64,000 nt of DNA from positions 12,710,001-12,774,000 of the forward strand of contig NC_092674.1 of assembly GCF_964355755.1 (NCBI RefSeq), written 5' to 3'. Positions within the stretch are counted from its first letter, which is position 1. Every line of letters starts with the position of its first letter. Shown in pieces: positions 11,710 to 24,041 of this stretch. This stretch comes from Antedon mediterranea. Its lineage: Eukaryota; Animalia; Echinodermata. A program made the translations under genes and the position numbers. The notes under the pieces are model-generated. The model did no database searches. It was not told where the DNA came from and saw only the letters and a list, made by a program, of their open reading frames with translations.

Positions 11710-14700
11710 ATGATAAAAGGTATTTGTCCAAATATTGGGGTAGGAGTAAATAATATAGACCTATCAGTCATTTTTTCTCTTAATGCTGGATTGCATAACA
11801 ATAGTAGGGAGGTTCATGTTGCTTTATCGCGCTTAAATTCAATTTATATTTTTGTCGAAGGTAAACAGGCCAAATGTTTAGTAGATACAGGTGCCTCTAT
11901 AAATCTTATTGATCATGACTGGTTGACTAGGAATTTACAGCTAAGGGCAGTGATCTTATCATTACTGGTTCCATATCCTTAAATAACAATACATGGTAAT
12001 AGTTTCGTTGCTCCTATGAACGTTGCTAGGGAATTGTCTGAAGTTATAATGTTAGGCTCTCAATTTTTACCTAACCATGGGGCTAACATTAACTCTTTTG
12101 ACTTTACAGAAAAAGAGTCAAATGCGAGTAGTTGCACGACAGGAAATTCCCGCACGTTTTCAATCTATAGTTCGTTCTCGGCTCTCAAATAAATTACCGA
12201 AGTGCACGATATGGTTATGTCAGGGTGGGCGACGCGTTCCGGCAATAGGTGTTTTGGTTGCCAATACTGCTTCCAGTGTAATTGATAACTGTGTTAATAT
12301 AATTGGTAGGCCTAATGAATACGACAGATAAACCGGTAACATTGTATCCACGCACTAAATTAGGTACTTTCACTGATGTGATTGATGAGATTTTTGTCTG
12401 TCCATTTACGACCATTTCCAATAGGCCTAGTGTAGTAAGTGCTGTTTATCCTTTAGCTAACAATTCAGGGGATACGGACGCGGACCCACTAATTCAAGAG
12501 GTTTGGGCGAAATTAAAGCTTGATACTTCACATATGAATGTTAATGAAGTGGAGTTGATAACTACTATACATTACTTTCCCGAAATATCGATGTTTTTCA
12601 AGTAGAGGGTGGACCGCTTGGTAGATAGATACTCGGAGGTTGAACATACAATTTTGACTAACAACCATGGGCCAATAAGATCGCGACCATATAGGCAAGC
12701 CCCCTTATATGCAAGAGCGGATAAGTTAATGAAATGTTACAACAAGGGGTTATTAGAGAATCCACTAGTTTATGGAGTTTTCCGGTCTGTATGATTCTGA
12801 AAGCCGGGACAGATAAAAATAGATTTTGTATTGATTTTAGACGCCTGAACGACATTAGTGCCAGGGACAATTTCCTTTTACCAAATATTAACGATGCACT
12901 TGACAGTTTAGGGACAGCAAAGCCGAAATATTTTTCGACTATAGATTTGGCCTCGGGGTACTGGCAGATTAAGTTGGGTGAGAATTCAAAAGCTAAACTG
13001 CTTTTATTACCGAAGATGAACTTTATGAATTTAATGTTTTCCCTTTCGGGTTACACAATTCTCCGGCAACTTTCCAACGGGCAATGCAGGAAATATTACG
13101 ATGGTTGAAATGGAAATTTGTTTTATGGTATCTGGATGACATAATTATTTTCAGTAATAGTTTGGAGGAACATTTATGTCAGTTGGAACAAGTGATGGAT
13201 AAACTTCGGATGGCAGGACTAAAATTACAACCAATGAAATTTGGTCAAAGGCATGTTAAATACTTAGGTCACATAGTAAGTGAGAACGGGGTGGACACCG
13301 ATCCTGAGAAATTACAATTTGTCCGTGACTAATATCCTACACCTAAAACATTATCTGAAGTGCGCTCTTTTCTTGGTTTTGGCTATTATAGGAAATACAT
13401 AAAAACTTTTGTAAAATTGCTGATCCTTTAACTAACTTAACTAGGAAGAGGTGGGGTTTAGCAGGACGGAACTATGCAATAGAGCATTTGAGTTGTTAAA
13501 ACAATTTATTAGAACCCCTAATTTTGGCCTTTCCACGCTTTGATGAGACTGAGTTTAAAGTACAGAATGATGCTAATCATTTATAATTGTGATTTATTTT
13601 GGCCCAGTATCAGGAAGGCAAGGGTACTTGAGCACACGGAACGGAATTATACCACCACTGAACGTGAGGCGTTAACGTTTGTAGAAGGTATAAAGAGATA
13701 TGCCACTTATCTTCAGTATAGTGTGAAATACAATGACCACAATTTTGAATTTCACACTATACTGAAGATAAGGGGCGTATTTCTGTATACCTTAAAAATG
13801 CTATTTTCTAATAAACAAGCAATCGGTCGTTTAGCCAGATGGGCCAGTCCTATAACTTCGAATGATGTAATAATAATAATAATGATGATGCTCTTAGTGA
13901 TTAAATAAATACACTTCTATAGAACCTTGTTTGACATGTGGGCAACCTGATATTGTGCCCTGTGTGTGACCTATTTTTCTATGGGATAATACTTATCAGG
14001 ATAGTATATGTTGTGACAGCGCGAAATCGATTCCTTGTTGCGCTCCAAAAATTGCTGCTTCATCGCTTAGGAAGGGTAACCGAAATAAATACAAAGGGGA
14101 GCTATTAAATTAATACCCCAAATTTTCCAAGTGAAATAAATTTAAGAAGGCGTTATGATCGATGCGAATTCTAGTGTAGGGCTAATGTTAGCATATTTAT
14201 TTAAGGGAGATTTTCATAAGAGCGATAGAAAGGCTAGGGAAGTAGTGTTACATTCTGATCAATATTTTGTTTAAAATGGCCTATTGTATCACATTTGGCA
14301 TACTCCTTCTAAACGGCATGAGCCTGAAAGAAATTTAGTTCGGTTATACGTTCCAGGTACCTTTGTAGACTTGGTATTAAATCAATGTCATTACAATGTT
14401 CTTTCTGCTCATTTTGGGTTTCAACAAACTTATGACCGAATTCGTCAACGATATTTCTGGAAGGGCATGTATCTGGATAAAGATAATTGGTTACGATCTT
14501 GTATTTCCTGCGCGCAGTTCCCAGTGCATTTGAACGGATTGGTGTATTCTTGGGCATTAACCTGTTACAACGACCGGGAATCGATATGTATTATGCTTTA
14601 CTGATCATTGTACTAGATGGCCCATACTAGTGCCGTTGAAAGAGACGGGAGCAGCTACGATAGCCAAAGTTCTGTTTGAATATGTTATGTGTGTACATGT

Positions 14701-15000
14701 GGATGTCCGGAAACTCTTTTGAGTGATCTCGGATCAAACTTTCTTAGTAAAATTGTTCTATAAGTATGTAGAGTAATACAAACACATAAAATAAATACCA
14801 GCGCATTTCACCCTCAATGCAACGCCATACAGGAGAGATACAATGCTCTTATCTTAGATTGCATTTCGCATTATGTAAATGAATATCATAATGATTGGGA
14901 TAAATATTTACCGGCGATACAGTTCGCTTATCGTACAGCTCCGGCTACGAACTCTGTTGGTTATAGTCATTTTTACTATTTATATGGCAGGGAATATCGC
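11710..15000 (+). pseudogene. Gypsy pol remnants (PR-RT-RH-IN)
   Basis: ORF fragments 11710-11982, 12734-13108, 13084-13332, 13540-13908 and 14284-14604 carry the diagnostic motifs in shifting frames. Confidence 0.88.
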
Positions 15001-15916
15001 CACTATCCCGAAAACATTACGAGATCATATGCATGTGTTAATAAGTCAGTTGGAGATATTTAGAGCTGTTTCTAAAAATCGGGCCGAGTTGAATCAAGCG
15101 AAAATGGAGGATATATATGACGAACGCGTCCGCGATGTAACATATTAAGTGAGCGATTCGGTTTGGGTGTATATACCTGCGTTAAAGAAAGGTTCATCAC
15201 GTATATTATTGATATTATATATATATAATCGATATGCACGACCCACTAATAATAGTCCACATACGGATCCGGAGCAAATGAGTGAGCTGCCGGAATTCGA
15301 GATCGGGGACTGTCCGGAGGACTCATTTGAGCCGTTGATGGTCACCCATAATTTAAATGATATCGGTACGGAAATACCATTAACTATTCCTGGCATTCCT
15401 GAAAGTGACCAAGAGTTTGAAATAAAAAAATTCGGGTATGGTATCAAGTATAAGGCAAAATATGACATGTTAGAAAGTGATGCTATTTAGAATTGGTTAT
15501 CCATCTGACTATTGTTCTATCACTGTTCGATTAATATAATTTAGCAACAGAGTCTGTATTTTAGATTATGTTAAATTCTCTAAAGCATGCGGTTATCATG
15601 TTGTCGGTGGGCGTATTTTGTGATATGTATTGTCTATAAATTAAACTGATGACAATTACCAAATTATTAATTTAAATGAATGTATAAATGAATCATAATA
15701 TTATGTAGTGTACAGATGATGGCCTAATCAATAAAAAAAGAAAATGCTAAAAACAAAGTATATATAATTGCCATGGATAATGCGTATGTTGAGATATAAA
15801 AAAAGAAAACTTTAAAAACAAAGTTAAGTATATTAGAATTGGATAATGCTAGATATGTAGATTTGTATCATATTTGATCGAAATTGTCATGGGTCAATTT
15901 TTGTAGGGTGGGCGTA

Positions 15917-16097
15917 TGTTGTGACGTCTATAGTCTTTTGTGGTACACAGTACTTATTTGCATATTTTCCACATCCTGTTGTTGGTTTAGACGAAGTATA
16001 TTATTGTAAAGGGAGGAGTTCCAGGCAGGAGGTTGTGCACAACGAATGAATAACGTGAACGGTACCAAGTAAGATGTGTTATTGTCTAAGCATAACA
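15917..16097 (+). repeat. 3' LTR
   Basis: TGTTGTGACGTCTATAG...CTAAGCATAACA preceded by AGGGTGGGCGTA; differs from the 5' LTR by several substitutions and indels. Confidence 0.88.
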
Positions 16098-19000
16098 ATT
16101 ATAAGCACTTTATTAGTTATCTCGCTGTTTGCGTTTTTTTCACGTTCGAACACGGTATCGTTGACCTAAACGCAACTCTATTAAACTGCGCCGAGTGTCG
16201 CATTGATTGCAACACACTGCGTCGATTGCAAGGTAGCGAACGCCGCAAGATAATGTCATGCAATTTAATGTTTACATTTTGTTGATCAGTCAGTCTGTGG
16301 AGCACATACCAATGAAGTCAATAATTATTCTCTCTTTTAGTTTTAACCTTTTTAGTTTATACTTTACATTCAATTATCTATGAAGGAAGAAATATAATCC
16401 ACCAGTTTTAAACTAGATGATTTGAGCAGAGGCAAAATAAAAAAAAATATTCTTATCAATATGTTGTGAAATAAAACCCGACAAATCGGGTGTGGTTACA
16501 TTACAAAATTATAGTAGGAACTGAATACATTTTCGTCGCAACAGCGATGATTCAACTACCGCGTAATTGTTGTAAAGAGAGGGGGTGAGAAATTGATAGA
16601 TTAGCTTTTTGCTCTTGGCATGCTCTCATCCTTGTTCTTCTAATTCATTTATTCGTTTTAAAAATAAAGTTGGTGTAATCTTAACGTTTTATGTATATCT
16701 CAATTACTACCATTTTATATAATTAAGGTTTGTTTACAACATTGCTTTAATCGGGTTATATTTTTCACTGCACCTTTTGAATTGGCAAAATATGAATGTT
16801 TACATATTATATTATTTTTATGGTAAATAAACACTTTAGTTTGCGGAGATAGAAGTATATACAATTCCAGATTTATTAATAGGTAAAATTAAAATACACT
16901 TTATTACTTACGTTAGATTGAAGGTTGACATCTGCACCTGATTCAATCAAGTTCTTGCAAACAGTGACATTGTTGTAATAAGCGCCAATTAACAGGGCTG
17001 TTTCACCAGTCTATTGAAAATATTTAAATAAATACTTAAACAATTATCTTTTTAATTTTGAAGAAGAATTAATCAATATCCAATTCTATGTTTCCATTTA
17101 TCATCACTAGAGTACATTTTTTCAAATAACTATTATCAATGACTAATTTTACTATTATTATGTTTTAAAATGTAATATTTTGTGTGTGACAGGACACATT
17201 TGTTTTGTTTTTACATCTACATTATTTGCTCTGATATAAAGTCAATGAATACGTTGAAGACATTTACAATGTTTGTTTATTTTAAGAAAGGTGAGGATAA
17301 TAAAATATTAACAATAATATTTGGGGATAGACAGGTAAATTAAATGCTTAAAAGTAAATGTTAAATATGTTTTGTCCTAAAAAACATGAAAATATGCCTT
17401 TTTTGTTGTTTGTAATCCATAGAAAAAAAAACATGTTTTCATCATCAAGACAAATATACAGTTAAATTAAATGAAGAAACCCATTGGCTGGCAGCCAATT
17501 TGACTATTGTTTACTTTAAATATACAGTTGTTCAGTTAAAATGATTTGTTCTTGTTCAAATTGTTGTTCAACGTGAATAAATACTATGTGACATTGAAAT
17601 GGCATATTCAACAACAACAACAATTAAAAATGCATATAAGGAAAATATAAGTTAACTGATGAGATTGTTTACTCTGTGAGTAAATTTGTAATTTATTAAT
17701 TTATTGTATATAGAAATGTGGTACAAATTTCAGTACTCATTTTTACCGCCTAAAGAATTAAGTTGAAACACAATAATAATAATAATAATAACATAAGTTT
17801 GCTTAGTCATTAGCTATCCCCGTATTACAATGATTATTTTTTTAATCTTTACACGCATTGCATTAACAACAACGTCGTAATGTTGACCGGCAACGCAAAC
17901 AAAGATTGTGAAAAATATTTGAATCGCTAGGTTATTCGTTTATTCAAAGATGACAATAAATGGAATATTCCGAAAAATTTCCGTTAACTGCTTAGATTAT
18001 TCCTTATTTTGGGTTTTAAGAAGAATATTTTGGGACGTGTGCTTACAGTTTATATACAAATGGTTTCTCGGCGGTTTTATCATGAATATTCACTGGCTTT
18101 TTCATCTCGTAATACCCATTTACAAGATTATTGTCCGGTAATAGCATAGCTCATGCGCGAATCAGTGAGCAGATGAGTAACAAGCGATTTCATCGATTTT
18201 TACGATGTGTACACACAATTTTATATTATATTATAGACGATGTAGTTCAGAGTAGCAACAATATTTTATAAAACGACTTGTCTTTTCTTTTGAATGTTGG
18301 GGCGTTTCAAATATTGAATACGTAGTTCTTGAGCCACCCTCTAACTGACAGGAGCTACGGTTTTAGCATTATATTTCCGCAATCCCAATATGATGTGAAC
18401 ATAATGATGAACGAGTTCAGAATAGATAAAAATGATTATCGAATGACCTAGCTTCCCGGCCTAGCCTTGGTCAATGAGTTACGAAATAGAGCAGTCAATT
18501 TTGCAACTCATCAACAATTCTCTCCAAACCGTAAACATTAATTATTTTTACTAGATGGTACGCTCGCTTCGCTCGCGTACCATCTAGGTCGTGCCCACAG
18601 ATGGTTCTCGATCAATACACAGTAATTTCAGGGTAAAAAATCTGGCGATTTTAAATGCACGTACCGCAGGACTATAATACATTGCCGTTTACAGAAACGA
18701 ATAAATAGAAACGATGATTTATGTAGTCAACCAAAATTAGCACCCTGGGAATTACTTCCGAAAGAGAAACTTACCACAAAATGAGTCCAAATTGTTTATT
18801 CATTTTAAGAAACCCAATTAGGGTTAAGGGATGGGAAAGAGGATAGGTACAAAGAGGAACAATTTTTAAATATATTCTTTATCCACGTCAGTAAGGTCCA
18901 ATCAATTATCGTCAGAAGGTGAACAATCAGTCTAGGTAGCAGCAGCAGATTATTAGGAACGCCTGCTCCATTAATTAATCCAGAAAAAGGTTTGTACATT

Positions 19001-19308
19001 ATCTATTTGTTTATTAGCCTTCTCCTAGAACAATTATATTTTCTTTAAAAAAAGGTTTTATAAGTGGTTTCAGCATTTATGATAGTAATGTTACAGTTCT
19101 GTGTCTGGACGCAAGTTCATAGACCTACTAGTTATATTATTCATATTAACTGATACTTACTCTTCATTTACCGTAAAGTTCAGTTTTAATGAAATATATA
19201 ATATAAATTGGCTTCGTAACAATTAATTAGTGTTGAAAAGGTTAGTTTTTTGGTGATAGGTGAAAATGGCATGTAACTTCGTAATCAATTTATTTTTTTT
19301 TTGTATAA

Positions 19309-19669
19309 AGGCCCAATTACACTATGACGATAACGACGGACGATAATATATAAGCATGCATTTCTTTTACATAAACCAAAAGAAATTAGAAAGGTTTTCG
19401 TTCTAGACATATAGGATAATCATTTATGCTGTCTTTGATAAAAATAATGTTTTTCAAATTCCAATCAAATGACGTCATGATAAATAAAAACAATAAAATC
19501 GCTGTATTGTCACGATATTATTGGTCTTACTAATCATGACGTCATTTGATTGGACGTGTGAAAATATAATTTTCATCAAAGGAATTGTTTATATTTCTTT
19601 TGGTTTATGTATTAAAAATGCACATTTGTCTATTTATCGTCGATCGTTATTGTCCTAGTGTATGGGCCT
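19309..19669. mobile_element. Palindromic MITE (PIF/Harbinger-like)
   Basis: AGGCCC..TACACTA.GACGATAACGA and TCGTTATTGTCCTAGTGTATGGGCCT ends. Inverted similarity continues internally (CCAATCAAATGACGTCATGAT / ATCATGACGTCATTTGATTGG). Confidence 0.7.
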
Positions 19670-19880
19670 TATGCTGTAAATGTTCAATTAATTGATCATT
19701 CCGATTTTATTAGTTGGACTCTTGCACAGTTGCTGTCTAATTGTTGTTGTGTAATATCATTTCGAACCATATTAAAATCATAAAGAGATTCATATTCCTT
19801 AACATGTGGCTGTGCATGGAAGTCTGGTCTACACAAACTCGGGCCCGGGCCTGAAAGTGTTGGTGAATTCATAATTATAC

Positions 19881-19925
<45 letters not shown>

Positions 19926-20849
19926 TATTATTATACAATTGAAAGCAAAACCCGTTGAATCTCAAATCATTAGGACTAGAAATTTGGCTTATCAATCAAA
20001 TAAATACTTTCGTTCAAAATGAAACTCCAACCTCTCTAATCAAAAGATTGAACTCGAAAACGGACCGTTTTTTTTGAATTGGGTATGTTGAAACATTTCA
20101 ATATTCATTTAAAAAAGTACATTAATTATGGTATTGATCAGTGGCTATAGAGGCGTAAAAACCCTCGGTCAATATCGTGTAAAATGCACTGTGGAAGGGT
20201 CATTATTAAGACTGCAAAATTGGGCTTATCAACAAATAAATACTTTCGTTCAAAATGTAAAATCAAGGCTGAAAAATTGGGCTTATCAACAACAAAATAT
20301 TTTATTATTAGACGCGATAACATCAAGGATAATCAGTATAATTATTAATATAGCCACTGTTAATAGTTTTATTCTACATGCTAAAGTAAATAAAAATCCA
20401 CTAGAAAACAAGCAAGTCTGAATGTTATGCTTATTAGCCATTCTATGTTTGTTACTGTAGGCCTATGATTGTTTGCAATGTCCACATATTATTTCCGTGG
20501 GCATATCCATAGTGTATCACAAAAAAGACGTGTGAGGTTCTTTCTTTAGATTTTGAAGAATGATTTGTGTTACAGGTTCACACAAGAGTCAAATGCTCAA
20601 GATATCAGCTAACGCCATGGGACCCTTGGCTTATCAATGAATAATAAATACAGTACTACTTTCGTTCAATTGAAATCGGAATCTGACCGTTTCATTAAAT
20701 TGGGTGTGATTAGGCCTAAACATATAATAATTTATTAAAAAGGTACAATAAAAACAAATGCATCAGAGGCGTAAAGAACCCACGGTCAATATCATGTAAA
20801 ATGTATATGGTATAAGCACTGTGGAAGGGGTCATTATTATTAAACTGGA

Positions 20850-21120
20850 AAATTCGGCTTATCAACAAATAAATACTTTCATTTAAAATGTAAAATAAGA
20901 ATGCAAAATTGGGCTTATCAACAAATAAATACTTTCGTTCAAAATGTAAAATAAGACTGCACAATTGGGCTTATCAACAAATAAAATACTTTTTTTTCAA
21001 AATGTAAAATTAAGACTGGAAAATTGGGCTTATAAACAAATAAATACTTTTTTTCAAAATGTAAAATTAAGACTGGAAAATTGGGCTTATAAACAAATAA
21101 ATACTTCCGTTCAAAATGTA
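20850..21120 (+). repeat. ~56-59-bp tandem repeat
   Basis: AATTGGGCTTATCAACAAATAAATACTTTCGTTCAAAATGTAAAA about 5 times; related copies at ~19980 and 20215-20295. Confidence 0.8.
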
Positions 21121-21147
21121 AGAAAACATTTTTTAAATATAATCCTT

Positions 21148-21303
21148 AAGCTCTGTCTATACTATCAAACTAAATATGATGTGCCCATATTATATAGACA
21201 TGACGATGTCTAATTATCACTACGATATTCGGGCATATCACTACCATATTTGGGCACATCACACTTTTTTTGTTAAACTAGTTGGGACAGTGTAGACAGA
21301 GAA
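21148..21303. mobile_element. Short MITE, AGCTCTGTCTACACTATC family
   Basis: TIR AAGCTCTGTCTA(C/T)ACTATC ... AGTGTAGACAGAG; further copies at 47442 and 50777. Confidence 0.75.
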
Positions 21304-23315
21304 CTATGTGATCGAAACATAAGTCGGAATTGGACTGACGCGATTGATTTAATTGGGTATTTTTATTAATGTAATGATTCATTAAAAACTATAATACCGA
21401 TACGCGTTTGGTATTGATCAATGGTGCAAAAAACCCTGAGAAATAATGTTATAACGCGATTTGGTGATAGCTTAGCAATAATACAACCCATATACTATTA
21501 TTATAAATACCTATTACAAATCCATTCATATAACTTTTCATCGCGAACCGAAAATGTATAAATGTTATTCTACAGACAGTAATTATATATTCAAAAGCCA
21601 TATTATTATTATTATCAATACCTAAATGCGATAGTAATAACCACATACATTATTCCCAATACAAGTTTGTGCGTTTAATTCTAGAAAGAAACGACTGTGC
21701 TGACAGGCCAATGACATAAATCACAATTAGTAAAGTCCCAATTGTTCACTTGCGTTTTGATTGGCCGACCTATTATATTAGATTAATGAAGACTGTTCTT
21801 ACAACTGTCCAGTCAAAACGTTACGCGGCGTTTTTTTGTAAGAAATATTTCTTGTTTACATCTAACAGTATTCACAGTAAGAAATGTTCGATTCAAATGA
21901 CGACCAAAAATGGTTAATAGGTATTTGCAGTACTGTATTGTCAAAGTATTGCAAGTTTATTCTCCAAGGGCTCATAAATTTACCTACTTGTGTTAAACCA
22001 AACTGGCAGACTGAGAGATTGGAATGTTCCATTCATCGCAAATCAATACATTTGTAAAAACGTAAATTAAATCTATCAAAATAGTATTTTGTTAAGAAAA
22101 TCGGCCTGTCTTCAACATTATGATGCTGTACTCGGGCAGTTCAACCGGTTTTCAGCTATTAAAAACAATTATCGTAGGAGGAGATAGGAAAATGCGAAGC
22201 GTCCTAGTATTATTGTGTGCGGGTATTTTTCAAGTTGGACATCCATTAGACAGTGTATACCATGATCGGAAAACACCCCTATTTGGGGCAAATCGTTGAA
22301 CCTAAATTCGTTTTAATCGTCAATAACTAATTATCTAACTCAATTTAATTAGTAAACAGAGTTACATCAGGTGGTTAAAATCAGTACCGAAAGTACGAAC
22401 CAACTTTATATACCATCGAGTAAAAATTCTAGAAATAAACCGCGATTTATCGAATTTTGCCCTTACGTAAATTTATATATAGATTTATTATTAAACTGAT
22501 CTACTCGCCATAGAATATACTGTACTGAATCTAATGGGAATAGTAATAGTATCCAACAAATAGAGTAATACATGCGGATAGGCCTACATGTTTTACGTAG
22601 TAAAATGTTTCATATTGTTTATTCCAAGCGTTTTTTTGCTCTTATTAAGAATTTCAAAATGTTTAATAATGTTGTTTTCTTATACCGTTTTCTCTCTAAT
22701 AATATTTATTGTTCATGTACAGTAATTACTCAATGTTTATTAGTTTCTTCTTTGTATTTTGCTTGATAACACGAGTTGATCTATGGGAGACAACTTGACA
22801 ACCAAATGCGGATGATACAGTATTACACAGTATATTGACAGTATATTATATATTTCCTAGGCATGGAGAATTGTGTATATTTACAGAATGATGATTGAAT
22901 AATGAACCTGGGAATTGTTCATGATTTATTTAAATTTTTAATTTGGTAAAGTAATCCATTTATTATAATAGATTGCTGGAATCGTTATTTGAATAATTTA
23001 CCATTTTCTATCTTTATATATACTATATTTGATTGATCCCTTAAATTTAAAATTCTGTTACAACAAACAATACTCACAAAACGATAAATCACACTAAAAT
23101 TGATGTTTTCTAATTTAAATTGTTTATTATTATTTTCATTATTATTTTTGTTTATTGTTATTTTGCTTTTTATCTACATTATTGTTTGCATTATTATTAC
23201 AGTATTTGTATTTTTTTTCTCTTTTGTATGGACAGCCCACTTTTACTACACATGATAAACAATGTACATCTAAATGATAGTACATAGTCTGAGGTCAATA
23301 TGTTAATTTATTATA

Positions 23316-23560
23316 GTGGAGTTGTGGCTTGGTGGTTGTGATGCTTGGCTACCACTCCAAAGGGTCCTGGGTTCAAATCCTGTCACATGTCAGGATTTTT
23401 TCTAAGGACAAAATTACAACTCCACTCCCAAAAATTTGTAATAAGTATTTGTTTATGTAGAGCATCTTGTGTATATGTTTGTCTTGTGAACATCTGAGGG
23501 TTCCTAATAATCAGAAATTGCTGGATGGACCACCCTCAATAAATATGTTTTTAAAATAAA
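23316..23560 (+). mobile_element. tRNA-derived SINE
   Basis: Pol III A box TGGCTTGGTGG, B box GGTTCAAATCC and an A-rich tail; homologous to the minus-strand copy at 43040-43210. Confidence 0.75.
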
Positions 23561-23993
23561 TAAATTAAAAAAGATTTTTAAAAAAATAAATAATATGTTG
23601 GCATTGTGTTAACAATCTTTGTATTATTATTATTATTTACATAGAAAAATAAATCATAATTGATTTGCAGGCCTACCTTGTTGTTGATGTTTACAGCCTT
23701 TAACTTAATAATATGTGTACAAATATCGATCTCACTATTTTTTGCACTTTCCGGAATCTATGAAATAGGAACAGATAGTATTATTAAAATAAATCAAATT
23801 GTATATTTAATTAAATCACATGCATTGATATGATTGTTAAACACAAGATCAGAATATTCTATTTTTTCAATCGAAAAAAAGACATATCATATCCCCAACT
23901 TTTGTCAGATTAGGTTTTAACAATATTTGGTAATATTATAACATATTCGTCTTTATTTTATATGTACAGTTATAATAAGAGACAAAAATAATA

Positions 23994-23994
<1 letters not shown>

Positions 23995-24040
<46 letters not shown>
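23995..24040 (+). repeat. (TGA)n microsatellite
   Basis: Directly visible perfect run. Confidence 0.95.

Positions 24041-24041
<1 letters not shown>

Larger units (their letters stand above)
10099..16097 (+). mobile_element. Decayed full-length Ty3/Gypsy LTR retrotransposon
   Basis: TG...CA LTRs at both ends, a TGG-starting PBS at 10286 and a purine-rich tract before 15917. Domain order is gag knuckle (CWRCGFGGH, ~11540), protease (LVDTGAS), RT (FCIDFRRLN, YLDD), RNase H, then integrase (H..H..C..C, SDxGSNF). Many frameshifts. Confidence 0.92.
18551..22483 (-). mobile_element. Non-autonomous Helitron, copy 2, with a different interior
   Basis: Same termini as copy 1: perfect CTAGATGGTACGC/GCGTACCATCTAG hairpin at 18551 and the TCTATATATA 5' end at 22483. 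Homology to copy 1 is limited to about 18551-18880 and 22015-22483. Confidence 0.72.

Noticed and set aside
10094-16102. Target-site duplication of the Gypsy element
   Set aside because: The flanks CATAT and ATTAT do not match cleanly, so no TSD is claimed.
19800-19830. TCGCAWK peptide as a candidate integrin PSI exon
   Set aside because: Stops nearby in frame, the second Cys of the CAWC motif is absent, and there are no convincing splice sites.
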